From assembly GCA_051294375.1 (NCBI GenBank), contig CM119267.1, positions 19,729,546 through 19,793,545 of the forward strand: a DNA stretch of 64,000 bases. Reading direction: 5' to 3'. This DNA is from Paraspadella gotoi. Lineage: Eukaryota; Animalia; Chaetognatha. Both the position numbers and the translations under genes were made by a program. Shown here piece by piece: positions 49,001-62,800 of this stretch. Below the pieces are notes generated by a model that worked only from the letters and a program-made list of their open reading frames with translations, did not search any database and was not told the origin of the DNA. The number at the start of each line of letters is the position of its first letter. Position 1 is the stretch's first letter.

Positions 49001-52000
49001 GATGCTCCATTAATAAATGCCTAAAGAAAACATACTAGTTAGTTAAATATTTTCTCAGATTTAAAAAAAAAATACCTGTAGACTTTGTTCCAATATAAAA
49101 TCGACACACTGGGATGTAACAACATGCATATCGTAGTATGAGAGTGAAGAAAATCGTTGATATATTTTCTGATATTCCTAAAAAATTCCACATAAATTCT
49201 TGTTTTATTTTTATAAAGTTAATTCTCAGTACTGAAAGTTTTCAAATACCTCAATCTGTTGCGCCGTGTATTGTGCTGTGGTTGGAGACGCGATAACAGC
49301 CAGATTTACAGATTGAGTTAAAAGGGGCGCCCCCACAGACATTCCGCCGGTCGAGCCACCACTTACGCCCGCCAAATCTGCAGGTGTTGCACCAGCTGGC
49401 GGAGCGGGGGCGCCCGGTATGGGAACTTCCGCCGTCAAAACGGGTGGTAAACCTAAAAAACGAGCACCATGTTATTTCTAAAATGTAACAGTGCCTCTTT
49501 TGAATTTTGCATGTTAGACCCCAAAATGATTTTAACAGCGAACGTTCATCAAAATAGTGGGCAAGAAGTTGATTTAAACATGTTTAATAACTTCGGTTAG
49601 TTGGATTTATTATATCAAAAATATAAAATAGTATAAACCGAAGAAAAAGCCATACGATATTTAGTCGGAATCTTAACGAATTTCACGTGTTGATATTTTC
49701 AAAATATAGAAAAACCAAGAAAAACCTTTTTTCGAGTCAGTAAAATTTGAAATCACATGGCCTAGTAATTTACCGAAAGGTTTATATTTCTTAATGATAT
49801 GAATCTTTTTCGAACAAATAATCGGTTCCAACAAAATTACTGAACCGATTTTGATTAAATTGAGTAAGGTGGTATATATGAAACTTATTTTACTTTTAAA
49901 CCTTTATTCTTCCACAAAAATACATTTTTTTCTACGCCGATCCAATTTCGATTTATGAATCATGCTGTTTCAAACGCAGTAGAAAACTATAATATATAAA
50001 ATCCTTTTCTATATATATGAACCATAAATGTAACTTGTTATGCAAGAAAACAAATATACAAGTTTTTTGCCTTGAATATCAAAATGCGTTTTAGGAGTTC
50101 TATTTCTATCGCCATAAACCTTCTTTATGCAAAGTTTAGCAAAATTTGATTCGTCAGATCGGTCGGAAAAAATATCTTTTCGTGATATCAGAATTCTGTA
50201 TTTATCACACTTCAATTATCCAGTGTATTACAATTGTATTGAAATACACATGAGATCGGAACAATCCGACCAACTAAAAACCTTCTTGAAAAGTTTCCAA
50301 GGCGATTTTTTTACTTATAATAACTCGACCGCCTCGCAAACTTCTACTTTCCTCACTGCCCGGAGTTTTTTTTCTTCCTTTTTTTTAACATCGGAACTTG
50401 TCCTTACGCAGCCATTGTCGACTTTCGATGTTTTCTGCGAGGTCAAAGAACCATATTCAGAAAGGATGTCGCCAATCGAACCGTGGCAGGTGTACTAGCC
50501 ATGTCCACACCTGCCCCTCAAATTCTTCCGCCTTGGTTTGCCGCGAGTCACGTGTGCTTACTTTTGTTCTCCTTTCAACACGATCACCTTGGCGCCAGAA
50601 CCTGGCGGACAGGTCTTTTTCTCTTCTTAACCTCCCCCCCACCCTCTCCCTCTCTCTCTTGGTCAGGTTTCTCCTTTTCTACCCTCAACTGAGCGTCGAG
50701 ATTTTTTAAGATAACTAAAATTAGATATATAACATGAATTAATAATATTAACTTTTTTTTAAAACAAAATAAAAAGATTTCCTTCCTTAGCAGGTTTATT
50801 TCATGTCCCTCTTCTCCCGCGTTCTTGCTCCCAATTTTTTGAGTCAGATCTCTTTCCCGAGTTTATGAAAATCACGAAATTGAATGATATCACCGCCGTG
50901 GCACTGACGAACCTTTTGCTGACCTTGACGACGACGACGACATCGACGACAACACCGTCGAGGTAAATACCGCCGAGTTCGGCGGTAAATCTCACCACGT
51001 TATCAACGACGATTAGAATACCGCTGAGACCGAAACTGACGGCGACGACGACGACGGCGGACCTATTTAAAAGAATCTTTTCCTCTCGCTCTTCTTTTTA
51101 TTCGAAGTGCGATCGCCGGTTTCGACGCTGGTTAACTTCAAAGATAAACCATTTCTAAAAAAATTAAAAAAATATTATTATCCAGCGCGAACATGGCTTA
51201 CGAAAGTTTTTCGAGAGACAATCCTTACGTCGTCTCGAACTTGTACAACGGATCCATCAACTACACGGAACCCAATCAGGTCTCATCGATTGACAACTAC
51301 CCCACCATGTATCGTCAACACGAAAGGTACACTCATTCCCCGCCGCCGGACGTCAAAGAGAACGGCCTTCTGGGACTGGCGCCGGCGTCGGCGCCGGCTT
51401 ACCCCTCGTTCGTGAACAACGTTGCGCATTCGGAAACTGTGGAGTCCGTCCCTTACGAAGGTACTCCTGAGCCGTCTCCCGGTAAAACAAGTTCGTCCTC
51501 CCCGAACAAAAGAGCCCGGGGTGGAAGTGAGAGTCAAGACATCAAGCCTCCGACAAACACGGCTGCTTTGTTACCCGAGTCTCGGCAAATGGACTTCCAC
51601 GGAACGAATTCCCCGCCGAAAGTCGAGACCCGAGTCGAAGAGGTTAAGATGACGCAGTCAAACCTTTGGACGTACGACGCTACCAATAGCCTGCGTTTTC
51701 AACAACCGGCTCAACTCTCGCAACCTCTGCCAGATTACGAGCAAAAAATCGTCCACCTTTCCCAGCTACCGAATGAGTGGTTAATAGTTTCTGATCAGAG
51801 AGCTCAGCACGCCGAGCAAACGTCCACATCCCGGCAAAACCAATACAGCCGGGATGCTGATGAAAAGAAATCCATATCGCAGGAGGGGATGTGTCCGCCG
51901 GCCCCTGAAGGCAGATCAATTTTGGATGATAGTCTAGAAGCGCAGCAAAGCTCCAAGGAACCAGAAGCTGCTATTCCTGGACCGAGCAACGAGGACGACA

Positions 52001-52460
52001 AGGGTAAGTTGTTCTTACGACACAATGAAAAATGTTTTAACGTTACTGTTCTGTGCATAAAAAAATTCACTGTTCAATATTATTATATTTCTTTTTATTT
52101 TTTGAAACGTTATAGTTTCATATGACTGAATATAGGGTGAAAGATGATAATTTTTTTTAAAAAGTTACTTAAGATTTTTTTTCTATTACAATTCTATGAA
52201 TAAATATGAATAAGCATAAGGATCGTCGCAATAGCATAAGAAAAATCTGGATTGACGACAAATTTTGATACTAAAAAAAAAAATTTGAGAAAAGAAAATT
52301 AAATTATAAACAAAAAAATTCTATTTTGTGATTATCAATAAAAAAAATAATAAAGTACGGAAGAAAATTAAAGTTAGTTTCTGAAAAATAGCAAAATGAT
52401 AACATGCACGAATGCGATGCCTAATTTTACGAGTTTAATCCTAATTCTTTTTTTTAATAA

Positions 52461-52499
<39 letters not shown>

Positions 52500-55400
52500 A
52501 GAAAGAAATCAAAAGGCAGAAGCAGCAGGAGAAAAGAGAGAAAAAGAAAGAGCCACTGCAGAGCCAGCTGCAGACTCAAAAGGCAGCAGCAGAAGCAGCA
52601 GGAGAAAAGAGAGAAAAAGAATAAGCCCCTGCAGAGCCAGCTGCAGGCTCGTTTTTTTCCCCTATGATTATGAATCAGTGACTAGGGAAAAGAGAGAGGG
52701 AGAGAGACATGTAATTAAAAGAGAAAGAGAGAGAGAAAGAAATATGAAAATAAAAGAAAGAAAATTTGTTTGTTTTGATAAAACGTAAACAAAACATATT
52801 TAATAACTGTCCAGACTCAATTTTAAGCACATCGATGATGAAAAGCGGTATATAAATTTTCAGCTTCATACACCCAAATTTAATCATAAAAAGGGCGATC
52901 TATAATTTGGAACGACGACGACGACGCCACTTATGGGCAAAAGCGATACATATAAAAATAAAAAAAATTAATAGTACTAACAGTTAGTGTTATGTCTCAA
53001 ATAGATGGAAAAAAAACCTCATTTAAAAATTCGATCGGGAAGTTCTTTCAAATAATTTTTTTTATTTAATACATTTGAAAAGGAAAAAAAAAATCGGAAT
53101 GCAGGTTGCAGGAAGGGTATAGATAATCTGGACTTACTGATATGATTACCATGACCTTTTATATCTTGTGAAATAGGGGCAGTAAAGAAATCTAAAAAAA
53201 TCGATCATTAAGTCAATGAACTCTTTCCAATAGGCCATTAGGAGAAATATTTTTTCTTAATTAAAATGGATGATAAATAATAGAATTAAATTTTTTGCTA
53301 TATTTAAAAAAAAATTATCAATACAATTTAATACAATGATGTCCTGCTTTGTCAAATATGTTGCCAGCTATATAATTTTTTAAAACTTTATTATGAAATT
53401 GGTACAACCAATATAAATATTATCCATTCATTTAATAAATAAGCTTATGATAAAGCTGTGTATCAATATTTTTGTTTGCAGTTAAAGATAATAAAAAATG
53501 ACGATTTTTTTTTTAGACAAAAAGGTAAACGTCCAGACTGTTTATATCAAGCTGAAAACATTTTTTCATATTTAAAAAAACATTTTATCAAGCTACAGCA
53601 TAAATTTTTGCTTGTTTTTTAATTTAACTAAAAAATATAAGCAATTTTATGGAATAATTAAAAATGAATTTGTCATATTGATATTTAGATTAATTGACTA
53701 ATTACAAGATAATAATTCATAAAAATTTAGGAAATGATGGGTAAAAAATATTCAACCTTGTTTTCGGTTAACTATTAAGTTATCATAAAAGTTTTGTTTT
53801 AATAATATTAATATTCTTTTTGTATTTTTAAAAGCAATGGTCCAAAATTTATAAGCGATTCAAGCTATATTGCTTCATCTTTTTTACTAATTTTGATCTA
53901 GTTAGCTTTTTTGTTGACGGTCAATAGGGTGAAGTGAAAGTTTGGAATCAAAATTTAGCAAATATATCTTGAAAACTATCATATTATTGAACACTAATCT
54001 TTAATTATTTTTCTTTTCTACAAATATAGTAACCCAGTCAGCTTATTTTGTATATAGTACTACCCTTATATAATGTCAAAATTTCAAAATGTTTATTTTT
54101 AAATTCTGAGAACAAATTCAGATTCCTTGTTAAAAGTTTATAAAAGAAAATATAAATCTTTTTTAAAAAATTATGTCATTAAGTAGGTTAAAATTATAAA
54201 AAAATATTTTTAACCTCGAAATTGAAAATCGGCATCTTAAATATATTTTTTTACATTTTTAACCAACTTAATAAAATAATTTTTTAAAAAAAATTATACT
54301 TTCTTATATTAACTTTTTGCAAGGAATCTAAATCCGATCTTAAAATTTAAAAATTTGAATTTTGAAATTTTAGTTTATAATATACTTATTACCATATATA
54401 AATATAGCTCTAATGGTCAAGCGTTATGGTCAGACACAGTAATGTCCAGTAGTATATATCGCACATATTACCAAAAGTAACAATCAATTAATTTGGCTCA
54501 AAAACAATTTTAAAAGGACAAAATCAGCACGAGACCGTTTCGCCACGTTATTTTTCATTGTCTTACCGAGTGCACATGTTCATAGTTTGTTCATTCAAAA
54601 TAGTTTTTCACATTAGAGACCCCAATTTTAAAAAAATTCATTCGCTGGTGTTAACATTAGATTATTCGTACTTTGGTGCAAGCTTTTAATTTTTGTTGTC
54701 ACAGAGTGAAAAAAAAATAATTCTACAGTATTAACCAAGACTTTTACATTGGATAAGATTTTATATATTATTTTTTTCCTACTAGGCAAAAAAAAGAAAA
54801 AAGGTGACCCTGGCCACATTCCCCGCCCAATGAACGCGTTTATGGTGTGGAGCAAGGAACGCCGTCAAAGCATCTCCCAGGAATACCCAAAGCTGCACAA
54901 TTCGTCGATATCTAAGATCCTGGGCAATGAATGGAAGAGCATGAGCGAGGAGCAAAAATTGCCCTTCAAGGAAAAAGCTCAACAAATCAGCGCTAAGCAC
55001 AAAGTAGATAATCCTGGATATCGCTATCAGCCCAAACGTAAGCAGAAAAAAGTAACCCCGTCTAAACAGCAAGCCCTATCCTTCCACTCTTCCAACATTC
55101 CCTCTTACTACGAAAGAAAGCAAGCCTTTCATCCAGGCGCAGCGAAAGCCGCCACCGCAGCAAGCGCGGTGGCTCACGGTATTCATCACAATTGGCACTC
55201 TCCCAGTGTTGCCACCACTTTGGCGCACCACCAAAACGCTGCAGTCGCCGCTCCAAAAAATTATGAAAGCCACTGGGATGTCCCTTCGTGGGAGGCTAAC
55301 CCTCACGCCTTCTACAATGGCATCAGTCTCGCTGGAACCAACAATACTCCACAAACGTCAGCGTCTGCTCAGCCCCAATGGACGATCACGCCCGAGTTCT

Positions 55401-58400
55401 TCAGAGCGGCTCTCCAGGCTCGGTTTGCTACGGCGGGACAACCAGCACCGCAGTCTGAAGCTGATTTGACCTTTGCTTATCCCGTTTATCACACGCAGCC
55501 GACAAACGATGATCAATCCAGAATATAGATTACTATGATATCTATAGTTTCTTTTCGGAATATTTTTTTATGACATTCTTAATCCCAACGACATCGAAGC
55601 AATTTCGATGGATAGTTTAATGGGGTGAAACAAAAGGTATTATTTTTTAATATTTTATCAGTATTTTAAAGGAACAACCAACCGGCTCCGCCGTGTTTCT
55701 TTTTTTTAGTTTTCCCTCCGTCGCCCGATATATCGTGGCAATTTTTCTTTCCAAATAATTTGACCAATTCCTTATTGGCCTTTTTGACGGTTTTGTTCGC
55801 TTGTTCACGTCCTGACCCCACCCCGTAGAGAACGAGCAGCCGCTGGTTTGTCTCGTGCAGTGTGGACTCGTCTTGAGGAATCGGGAAGTGAAGTGCGTAC
55901 ATGAGGTGACGTGGGGGTCGACCTACTGACGCCCCACCACTGGAGTGACCTGTTAATACAATTAATGTTTTAGAATTTAGACGGTAGTGTGTTGACAAAC
56001 TTTTAGAACTATCATCACTAAGCGACGAGGTGTACATAAGTTTTGCAACTGTAAACTACATTTATCTTTTTTCATTACTACGATTTTAGTAGCTACCTTT
56101 TCACCCACTCGAAATTTATATGAATTACTCGAGTATGCCGTTTCCCCCCCCCCCCGACTGTTGAATTATTAGAAAAAATAGAAAAACAAAATAATTTTCA
56201 TGTTTTTTCTTTAACTCAAATTACAGTTGACAAATAGTGAAACATAGCCAATAAGAAAGCGACAATGAGCCAGCAGAGGTTAATCTTAACTTAAGTCGTT
56301 TTCGCAAGAAAAAGGCAAAATCATTCTATTTTTTCTACGCAATGGCAAATAAATTGTTTTCGCAGATACTGATTTTTTTGGTTAATTTTTAAATAAGAAT
56401 AAAAATTAAACTGTTTCGATCGCTACTGGACCCAAGCATTCATACCGGCAGTCACAGATGTAACAGAAGATGGCGGGGGAGCCGAAAGAGGATCGTTAAA
56501 GATGCAGCCGCGATCACTCTTGACAGACGACGGACCCATCGGATCCGGTGTGGCCCCGCCGATGAGTCCCGCGCCTTTATAATATGTAATGTGTATATAC
56601 ATTTCGATGTTTACCGAATCTACTTAAGTTGACACTATTAATTACAGTGCGGCGCAAAAAAAAGAAGACACCTGTATTTGTTCTGCCAATTTCATATTAT
56701 AAACATTTTATAATAGGGAAGTCATTGATTCGTGTTGACTAAAAAAAGAAACTAATTTTTTTCCCCCCGATTTTTTGTACCAATCAATTTTGACGTCCTA
56801 TAACTTTCGAACGCTTAGCTCGATTTTACTGGGACTTGGACCAATTGCTTCATCTTTTAATGTTTTGTTTTATGTTTTTATATCTTAATACAATTCAGCC
56901 ATCCAATACGATTTTTTGAAAAAGTGTGAAAAAGTGTCTTTTTTTTTTGCGCCGCAGTGCATAAAATCTGACCCGCGGGGCTCATGAAGTCGACGTCAGA
57001 ATCGCCTGGTGTGGCGGCCCCCAGACCGGCGCCCTGCAGGGAGCGAGGTCCGCCAGAAATGTCCAGGGCACTACGGACGGAGGAAGGATTGTCGCCGAGA
57101 GAAAGGCCGCCACCGTCGAGGTGCATCTTTGTCGCCGACTGTTATTTGGAGGAAGAGTATGTCTTTTTTTATTAAATTACTCCGTACATCTACTATTAAT
57201 CCTAAAAATAGTATTTCAACTCGCCTGATACAAGGGGATGGCGCCATTGACGCCCCCGGAGACGAGATCGCCTCTGGCAATGAGTGCGCAGATGTAAGCG
57301 TCGTGGGAGAAAACATCATGACGAACAAGTTCAGTGAAAAGAGATACGAGGTTGGCGAATGCCGTCCGGTTCTCGCGGGACGGGCTCTCGTCAAGAGTCG
57401 GCGCCTGGGTGGAATTTGTATGCCGAGTTATTGAACTCTTTGGCTTTGATGATCAAGAGAACATCATCATAATTTAATTGTCTCTATTTGACAGACTATT
57501 TTGTTAAAACGCCTTGCCTACTTAATACATTACTTGGGTATCAAGAAAGTTAAAGAGCAGATGTTGAAAGACTGGAGTGCCGCCGACGACTTGTGGAGCC
57601 ATACCATCTTGAGCACCGGTATCGTTTCCGGCGCCTCCAGAGACATCATCCCCACCCAAGCTGCCGCCGCCGAATGCGTCGCAACCGGCGTCGCCGTTAA
57701 TCGCAGCGACGCCTCCAGCCGGGTATAGGATTTTATTTTGTCGCTTTTCTAAGATTTTGGCGACGGCCAATGCTCTATGTTCGCCGGTTCTGGAGGGATG
57801 GCAAATTAGGATGTCGTGGGATAATTATGTAATCTATGTTTTCTATCTCTGAAGATCTTATTTCAATTTATTACATATTTAGAAAATAACCTGTAAACCG
57901 AAACTGCCCATTCGCACAGGAGATTGACAATCGGTTCGTCGTCCGGGGATGGTCCCCCTAATTCCGAAGCCGCAGCTGCTGCGGCGCTCGACGAAAAGCT
58001 GTCGGGCTGCGAAAAAGAGAAAAGAAAAGGATTTAAAAATGGAATCTTGTCGAACAGTTCCACCCTTTCAGGCTCGCCTCGAATATCTTGCGGTAGAGAA
58101 TCTCGAGGTTGAAGGAGTCGTCCCACTTATCGAAATGGTGCCGGTCGAGAGCGTCAAGCGCCGCCAGGACTCGCGACACCGTAGACCCGACGGGAGATTG
58201 CTGGCATTTGTCGGTCGACCACCGACCCTCCGCTGCACGACCTCTTGACACGATATCCCTCTCGGCGACGAGCAACTGGGCCCGAATGTGAGGGGCGTCC
58301 TCGGAAGCCGGCATAGGTAATGACGATGGCGGACAGGGGAGCAGGTCCAGTGGAGATCCAGAAAAAACCGAGTGCTGAGACTTTCCCTCGCCCAAGTAGT

Positions 58401-61400
58401 TCCACACCAGGCCCGACGGGCACCGCAGAGCTGATAAAAGAAAGTGGCGGTGCGATGACATGTTGTTCCTAGGGAAGATTGAGGAGACGGAAATATCCAT
58501 GCAATACTCATCTCACCGATGTTCTGAATGCAGCAGCTGAGTCCGAGCACGATGGGTCGGTGCAAGGGACAATCGCTGTACTCGGCAAAGATGGAAGCGA
58601 CAGGATTCTGAAGCAGCAGAGGCGTCGCGGGCCGAGTTTGCGACGCCGTTCCGCTGGGTAGCAGCGGCGACGAGACCCGCGGAGAGACGCACCTTTGATC
58701 ACAAAACATCGCCAGTCGTTTGGCACAAAAATAGGCCAATCTACGACAAAGGAGTTCTGAGAACACGTACTCGTCGACGTATTGGAGGAGCTGAAATAAT
58801 CAAGACTCCATTATAAGCAGAGGAATCCAAAAAAAATTTAAATCCCGCGACCATTACCAACGGCATGAAAAATCGCAAGAGACCGTCTTCGCTAGGTTTG
58901 AGCTTCTCCAGTAAATCCAACAAAAATCGATCGAGAAACTCGTACTTGTCCAGGAGCGCCTCGTCCAACATGAAACGCCCAAGGCGAATGCAATAATTCC
59001 AATGCTTGAAGGCCAATTCCGTCTCTACGTCCTTTGCTGGAGCCGAGTCACCGCCGCCCGCTGGACGAGGAGAGACAAATATTAAATGTTACAAATACGT
59101 CTACGAGTAATTTATGCTACACTTGTTATATATACTATTTGATGTCGGAGGTAAAATCTACAATTATGACTACGTCATCAGGACATCATTCCAAGGCAGA
59201 ATCATTGACGACACAAAAAAGGCATTGCAGCGTTACGTGAAATTAAAAAAAATTAAAACTGACCACCGGAAGCGTTGGACAAATTTCCAGGGGAAGAAGC
59301 CGGTGGCAGGGAAACACAGGTGACTCCCGAGCCGGGAGACATTTCAGCGGAAGAAGATGAGGTCGAGTTAACTTATCAACCCGATGGGTTTGGTCCGATG
59401 TGTACAGAAAGACAAGCACAAAAAAAAAGAGAAAAACCCCGAAGGAAAAAAGACAAAAATCGGAAAAATAAGGTCTCGCTGATTAAGCAAAATAAGATAG
59501 CCGACGTATCAAAAAGTAATCCGGCTCACCCTGAATAGACGTTGACCCCACAGGAGCCAAGGGGTTCTCGTTGTAATAATCCGAAAGACGGACTAGTTGG
59601 TCACGAAGAAACTTAATGATGGAGGCCGTCCATTCCTGATAATATATGATGGAGATATGATATATTCTCTTATCACAAACCCGCAGCTAGAAAAAATTGA
59701 CCAAACTAGAACGTGAACAGATTTTACAATTCTTAGTAGAGATTCTTAAAGACAAGACTTAAATTGTTAGTTGCGCCGCGAGTACTCGCGGAGCAACTTA
59801 ATAAGTTACTTTTAGGTCGGTCTGTCGGTCGGTATATCTGTCCATCTTAGATTAAAAATGCTTATGATTTGCCTATAGTTGCTCATTTGTTAAGACAGAA
59901 AAAAACATCAAATGTAAGGGACTGCTAACGCCGCCTTCAAGAAATCAAACTATAAAGAATAAAAGACGTAGTTTTGATGCAGTGCATGTTATAAATTATA
60001 CACACGCGCTAAGTTTTTTAGTCATGTTATGAAATTGGTACAACCAATATAAAAATTATCCATTCATTTAATAAATAAGCTATCTTGTCCCTGACTTTGG
60101 ACAGGCTTTGGTGGTTTAAGGCCTCCATCACACTTACAAGATAATAACATAGCAGGTTTCTGCAAGCTTTCAATCAAGACTCTCACAGTCTTATTTATTC
60201 ACTCCCAGTGAACCTGGCTTCCCTATCAATGAAGTGGTATAATATTTCAAAGAATGTTTCAATTGTATGAAAAGACCACTCCCTTAAGTATTAGATCGGG
60301 GAATACTATAATGTACTCCGCACTAGCATCAAAATACAAGGAGCTGAATTTTATGAAATTGGTACAACCAATATAAAAATTATCCATTCATTTCGTAAAT
60401 AAGCTATCTTGTCCCTGACTTAGGACAGGCTTTGGTGGTTTAAGGCCTCCATCACACTTATATCATATCATATAACTTATGATCAAATGCAAATCAAATG
60501 CAAAATCACTGTGGTGTAACACATTAGAATTTTCGTTCTTGTTTAAGTATAATAAATAACATAAATGAATAAAAAATTTTTATTTAAGTCCTGAAGGACG
60601 TTTTATAAAAATTTAAAAAGAAAAAAAAATCCATAATATTGTTATTGCCTGAAACCCCTTAAAAACTGAATACATTTTTCGATTCTGTAGCAAAAAAAAA
60701 GTTTGTAGTATAGAATATAAGGTATAGAATTATAACCACTTTAGTTTTAAGAATATTCAAGGACAAGGTATTACTTTTAAGATATTAAAATCGATATTCC
60801 TGAATTAATTTTTACGAGCTTTCTTGTGATACCCATATTAGTACAAATTAGTGAGATCATGATTGCTTAACAGAGCAATTATTTCTGATTGAAAAGCTCG
60901 AATCATAAGTAAAGTTTTATTGATTAATCACGAACGAAATAAGTTTGTTTCCATCCCAACATTTGGCAAAAGTATATGTCCAACATCTCCTTATCTTTTT
61001 GCTCATTACGAACTCAAAACAAAATAATTTTTTTAAAAATTTATGCTATGTATCTATTTTCAAAGGGTTAAAATCTCTACGCGTTTTCGTATGGTGAATT
61101 TTTTATAGCGGCCGGTTTTAAATGGCAAGGATGTTTTAATAGGAAAAACGATAAAAATCTTTCAAATACAAAAATTTCTGATCAACAACCTGCGATGGAT
61201 CTCTTTCTTTTTTACGTGGCTGATTAGCCCAGAGAGTGACGAGGTACTGATGATTCATTTTGATGTACCAAGCCGCTCTCAGGAGTGGAACGTTAAACTT
61301 GCAAAGAGTCACGAAGACGTCTTCTTTTTTCTGAACGTTGAGGATGGGTACGCTTTGGGAGAGTTTCTCCAGAGGCTTGGTTCCCGCCAGGTCTTTAAAC

Positions 61401-62057
61401 CACCCATCCTTCTTTACTTCATTTTTATTTGTCACGTTCCAGAAGTTGTCTTTGCTCATAACCTTTTTTAAAGATCGTAATAGTATCGCAATTCATCTCT
61501 TTTAGGTAAAACATCATTATTAAACCTACCTTCTTTCTATCTCCCTTGTCCGAGATGACATTGTTATCGGCTTTCTTACCCAAGATGGATAGAAACGAAT
61601 CTCGCAATCTTTTGTTAAAAGCCTCCAGATTATGGGACATGTTGTGACTGTGGGTTTGTGCAAATCTGATTCCGAACGACCCATATTCGGTATCATCCTG
61701 CCGAACGAAAACGGGGAGTCAAGAGCACAGAGAATAATAAGTTTCCCGAAATTTTACCGACTTGTTGATATTTTATTACTAGCATTTCTTGCGTATTTTA
61801 CACTTTCCCATTTAAATTTTCAATACTATGGTACCTCTGCATTGAATAAAAATTTCTATTACATAAGAATTTAAAGAAGCCAAGCTCGAAACCTGGAAGA
61901 CCGGGAGAGCCTGGAACCCCTTCTTGACATTGTCCGACGACAATTCGTCCTCCTTCTGGTTTTTATCTTGGGGAAAAACGTCCGGCGCTCCGAGATTGCC
62001 CTTTTCCTCCCGCTTCCGCTTGAGCGGACGGTGTTCTTGAGAGAGGAAACTGGCCAT
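31032..62057 (-). CDS. MED12: Mediator subunit 12 (kinase module); many exons. Checked: 61893-62057, 61530-61697, 61190-61462, 59530-59635, 36142-36578, 32043-32516, 31032-31954. Further exons at about 55680-59370 and 43647-49452 have approximate boundaries
   Basis: N-terminus [15 protein letters not shown]...[18 protein letters not shown]...NVKKGF. Med12 motifs [140 protein letters not shown]-rich C-terminus. Splice phases checked at several junctions. Confidence 0.96.
32528..36092 (-). mobile_element. HINE-like family 2 copy filling a MED12 intron; interrupted by an AT-rich degenerate TIR element at about 33284-35745
   Basis: Same ends as 24764-26026. The inner insert carries inverted aacatgagagatcccg (33384) and cgggatctctcatgtt (35617). 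Confidence 0.65.
36845..37760 (-). CDS. DIRS element B tyrosine recombinase (frameshifted)
   Basis: [16 protein letters not shown] (catalytic Arg box), [30 protein letters not shown]. Confidence 0.88.
37750..39500 (-). CDS. DIRS element B pol: reverse transcriptase, RNase H and DNA adenine methyltransferase-like domain (frameshifted)
   Basis: [71 protein letters not shown]...[21 protein letters not shown], spread across overlapping ORFs. Confidence 0.9.
39600..41615 (-). CDS. DIRS element B gag-like protein; predicted two exons (about 41151-41615 and 40620-39600) split by intron 40621-41150
   Basis: Upstream frame ends ...[22 protein letters not shown]|gtgagt; downstream ctccag|T AGG continues the [10 protein letters not shown] gag frame. 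Similar to the gag of element A (EEGEV, QFE.AF, LA.PLRD). Confidence 0.7.
40866..40951. other. Internal complementary region (ICR) of DIRS element B
   Basis: tcgtggcgaggcggaccgatatagaattaatattccataaaggaattaaaaATTctcatatcggtccgcctcgccacgaaatgccc matches the reverse complements of 36597-36650 and 41898-41932, joined at ATT. Confidence 0.95.
41930..43602 (-). mobile_element. HINE-like family 2, tandem/compound copies; the outer end is the target of DIRS element B
   Basis: aatcttaaaagcataaggatcgtcgcaat at one end; repeated gcgattgcgacaat end modules at 43476 and 43589; central GAAAGAATAGAAAG repeats. Confidence 0.7.
51064..51071 (+). promoter_or_regulatory. Possible TATA-like element of the nested Sox gene
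   Basis: TATTTAAA about 125 nt upstream of the Sox ATG, at the edge of a CpG-rich stretch. Motif only. Confidence 0.3.
51193..55528 (+). CDS. Divergent Sox-family HMG-box transcription factor; 2 exons (51193-52003, 54786-55528; about 517 aa), nested antisense in a MED12 intron
   Basis: Exon 2 encodes [51 protein letters not shown]...GYRYQPKRK (Sox signature RPMNAFMVW). Exon 1 ends AAG G|gtaagt and joins ctag|GC in matching phase 1. Confidence 0.9.
52214..52950 (-). mobile_element. HINE-like family 2 copy in the Sox intron
   Basis: gcataaggatcgtcgcaat...ctggattgacgacaaattttgatac start; same internal blocks as 24764-26026. Confidence 0.7.
56645..56959. mobile_element. Tc1/mariner-type MITE in a MED12 intron
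   Basis: ta|cagtgcggcgcaaaaaaaagaagacac ... gtgtcttttttttttgcgccgcagtg. Confidence 0.75.
59768..59848 (+). repeat. 5' end of a third HINE-like family
   Basis: Hairpin agttgc-gccgcgagtactcgcgg-agcaact followed by a GTCG/GTCT microsatellite. Confidence 0.45.
60028..60460 (+). repeat. Dispersed repeat family, two copies here; related pieces at about 1492, 18053, 35380, 48113 and 53390
   Basis: Shared atgaaattggtacaaccaatataaaaattatccattcatttaataaataagctatc...tgcaagctttcaatcaagactctc. Confidence 0.75.
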
Positions 62058-62800
62058 TTCGATCAACGATTTTGTTTTGTTTTTTTCTTTTTGTTTAAGT
62101 TTTAAGTTAATTTCTCGCAAATGTTTTTAACGTTAGTTTTATTTTTTTTTGGTTCCAGTTCCTCTTCCTCTTTCCACAGGAAGAAAGTGTCTCCTTCGCC
62201 CGCGAAACGAACCGTGCCCGCCTTCAGAGGCAGATCGAATCGCAGGAGCCTCACATCGTCGACAACAAAATCAGTTTCTGTCTTTCGCCACTTATCTTCT
62301 AAAGAGAACGTTACACAGGAGATTATATGTTTGTAAGAGTGAAAAGTCGCGGAGTTAGTCGTACATTGTATTTATTAATTGGGTTACAATCGCAATATTT
62401 TTTTTTTGCTCACATCGCGGGAAATAAAACCTTTCTTTGGTCACGCTAGCGGGGGGTAGAGCGTATTATTACAGGCGACGGAGTTAAGGGGAGCTAACGG
62501 GCCCGTCAATTGAATAATTAAACCAAAATGAAGAGGTACTTTCTCCGGAGTCCTACCCGCGAATCCGGCAAATCATGATTTTTTTTAAATTCGCAATGGA
62601 GTTATTGCGCTAAGACACCCGCCATGAACGGACGAGGTTGATTGAAATACACACAAAAAAAAAAAACAACCTAAGACAAGGACGCTTTAATTCTCATCAA
62701 ACCTAGCTAAGAGGAAAAAAAAAATAAAAACAAGTCAAACGAAATAAAAGTTAACTATTTCGAAAGAAAATTATCGTGAGAGATCTTCGAACAGAGGCTT

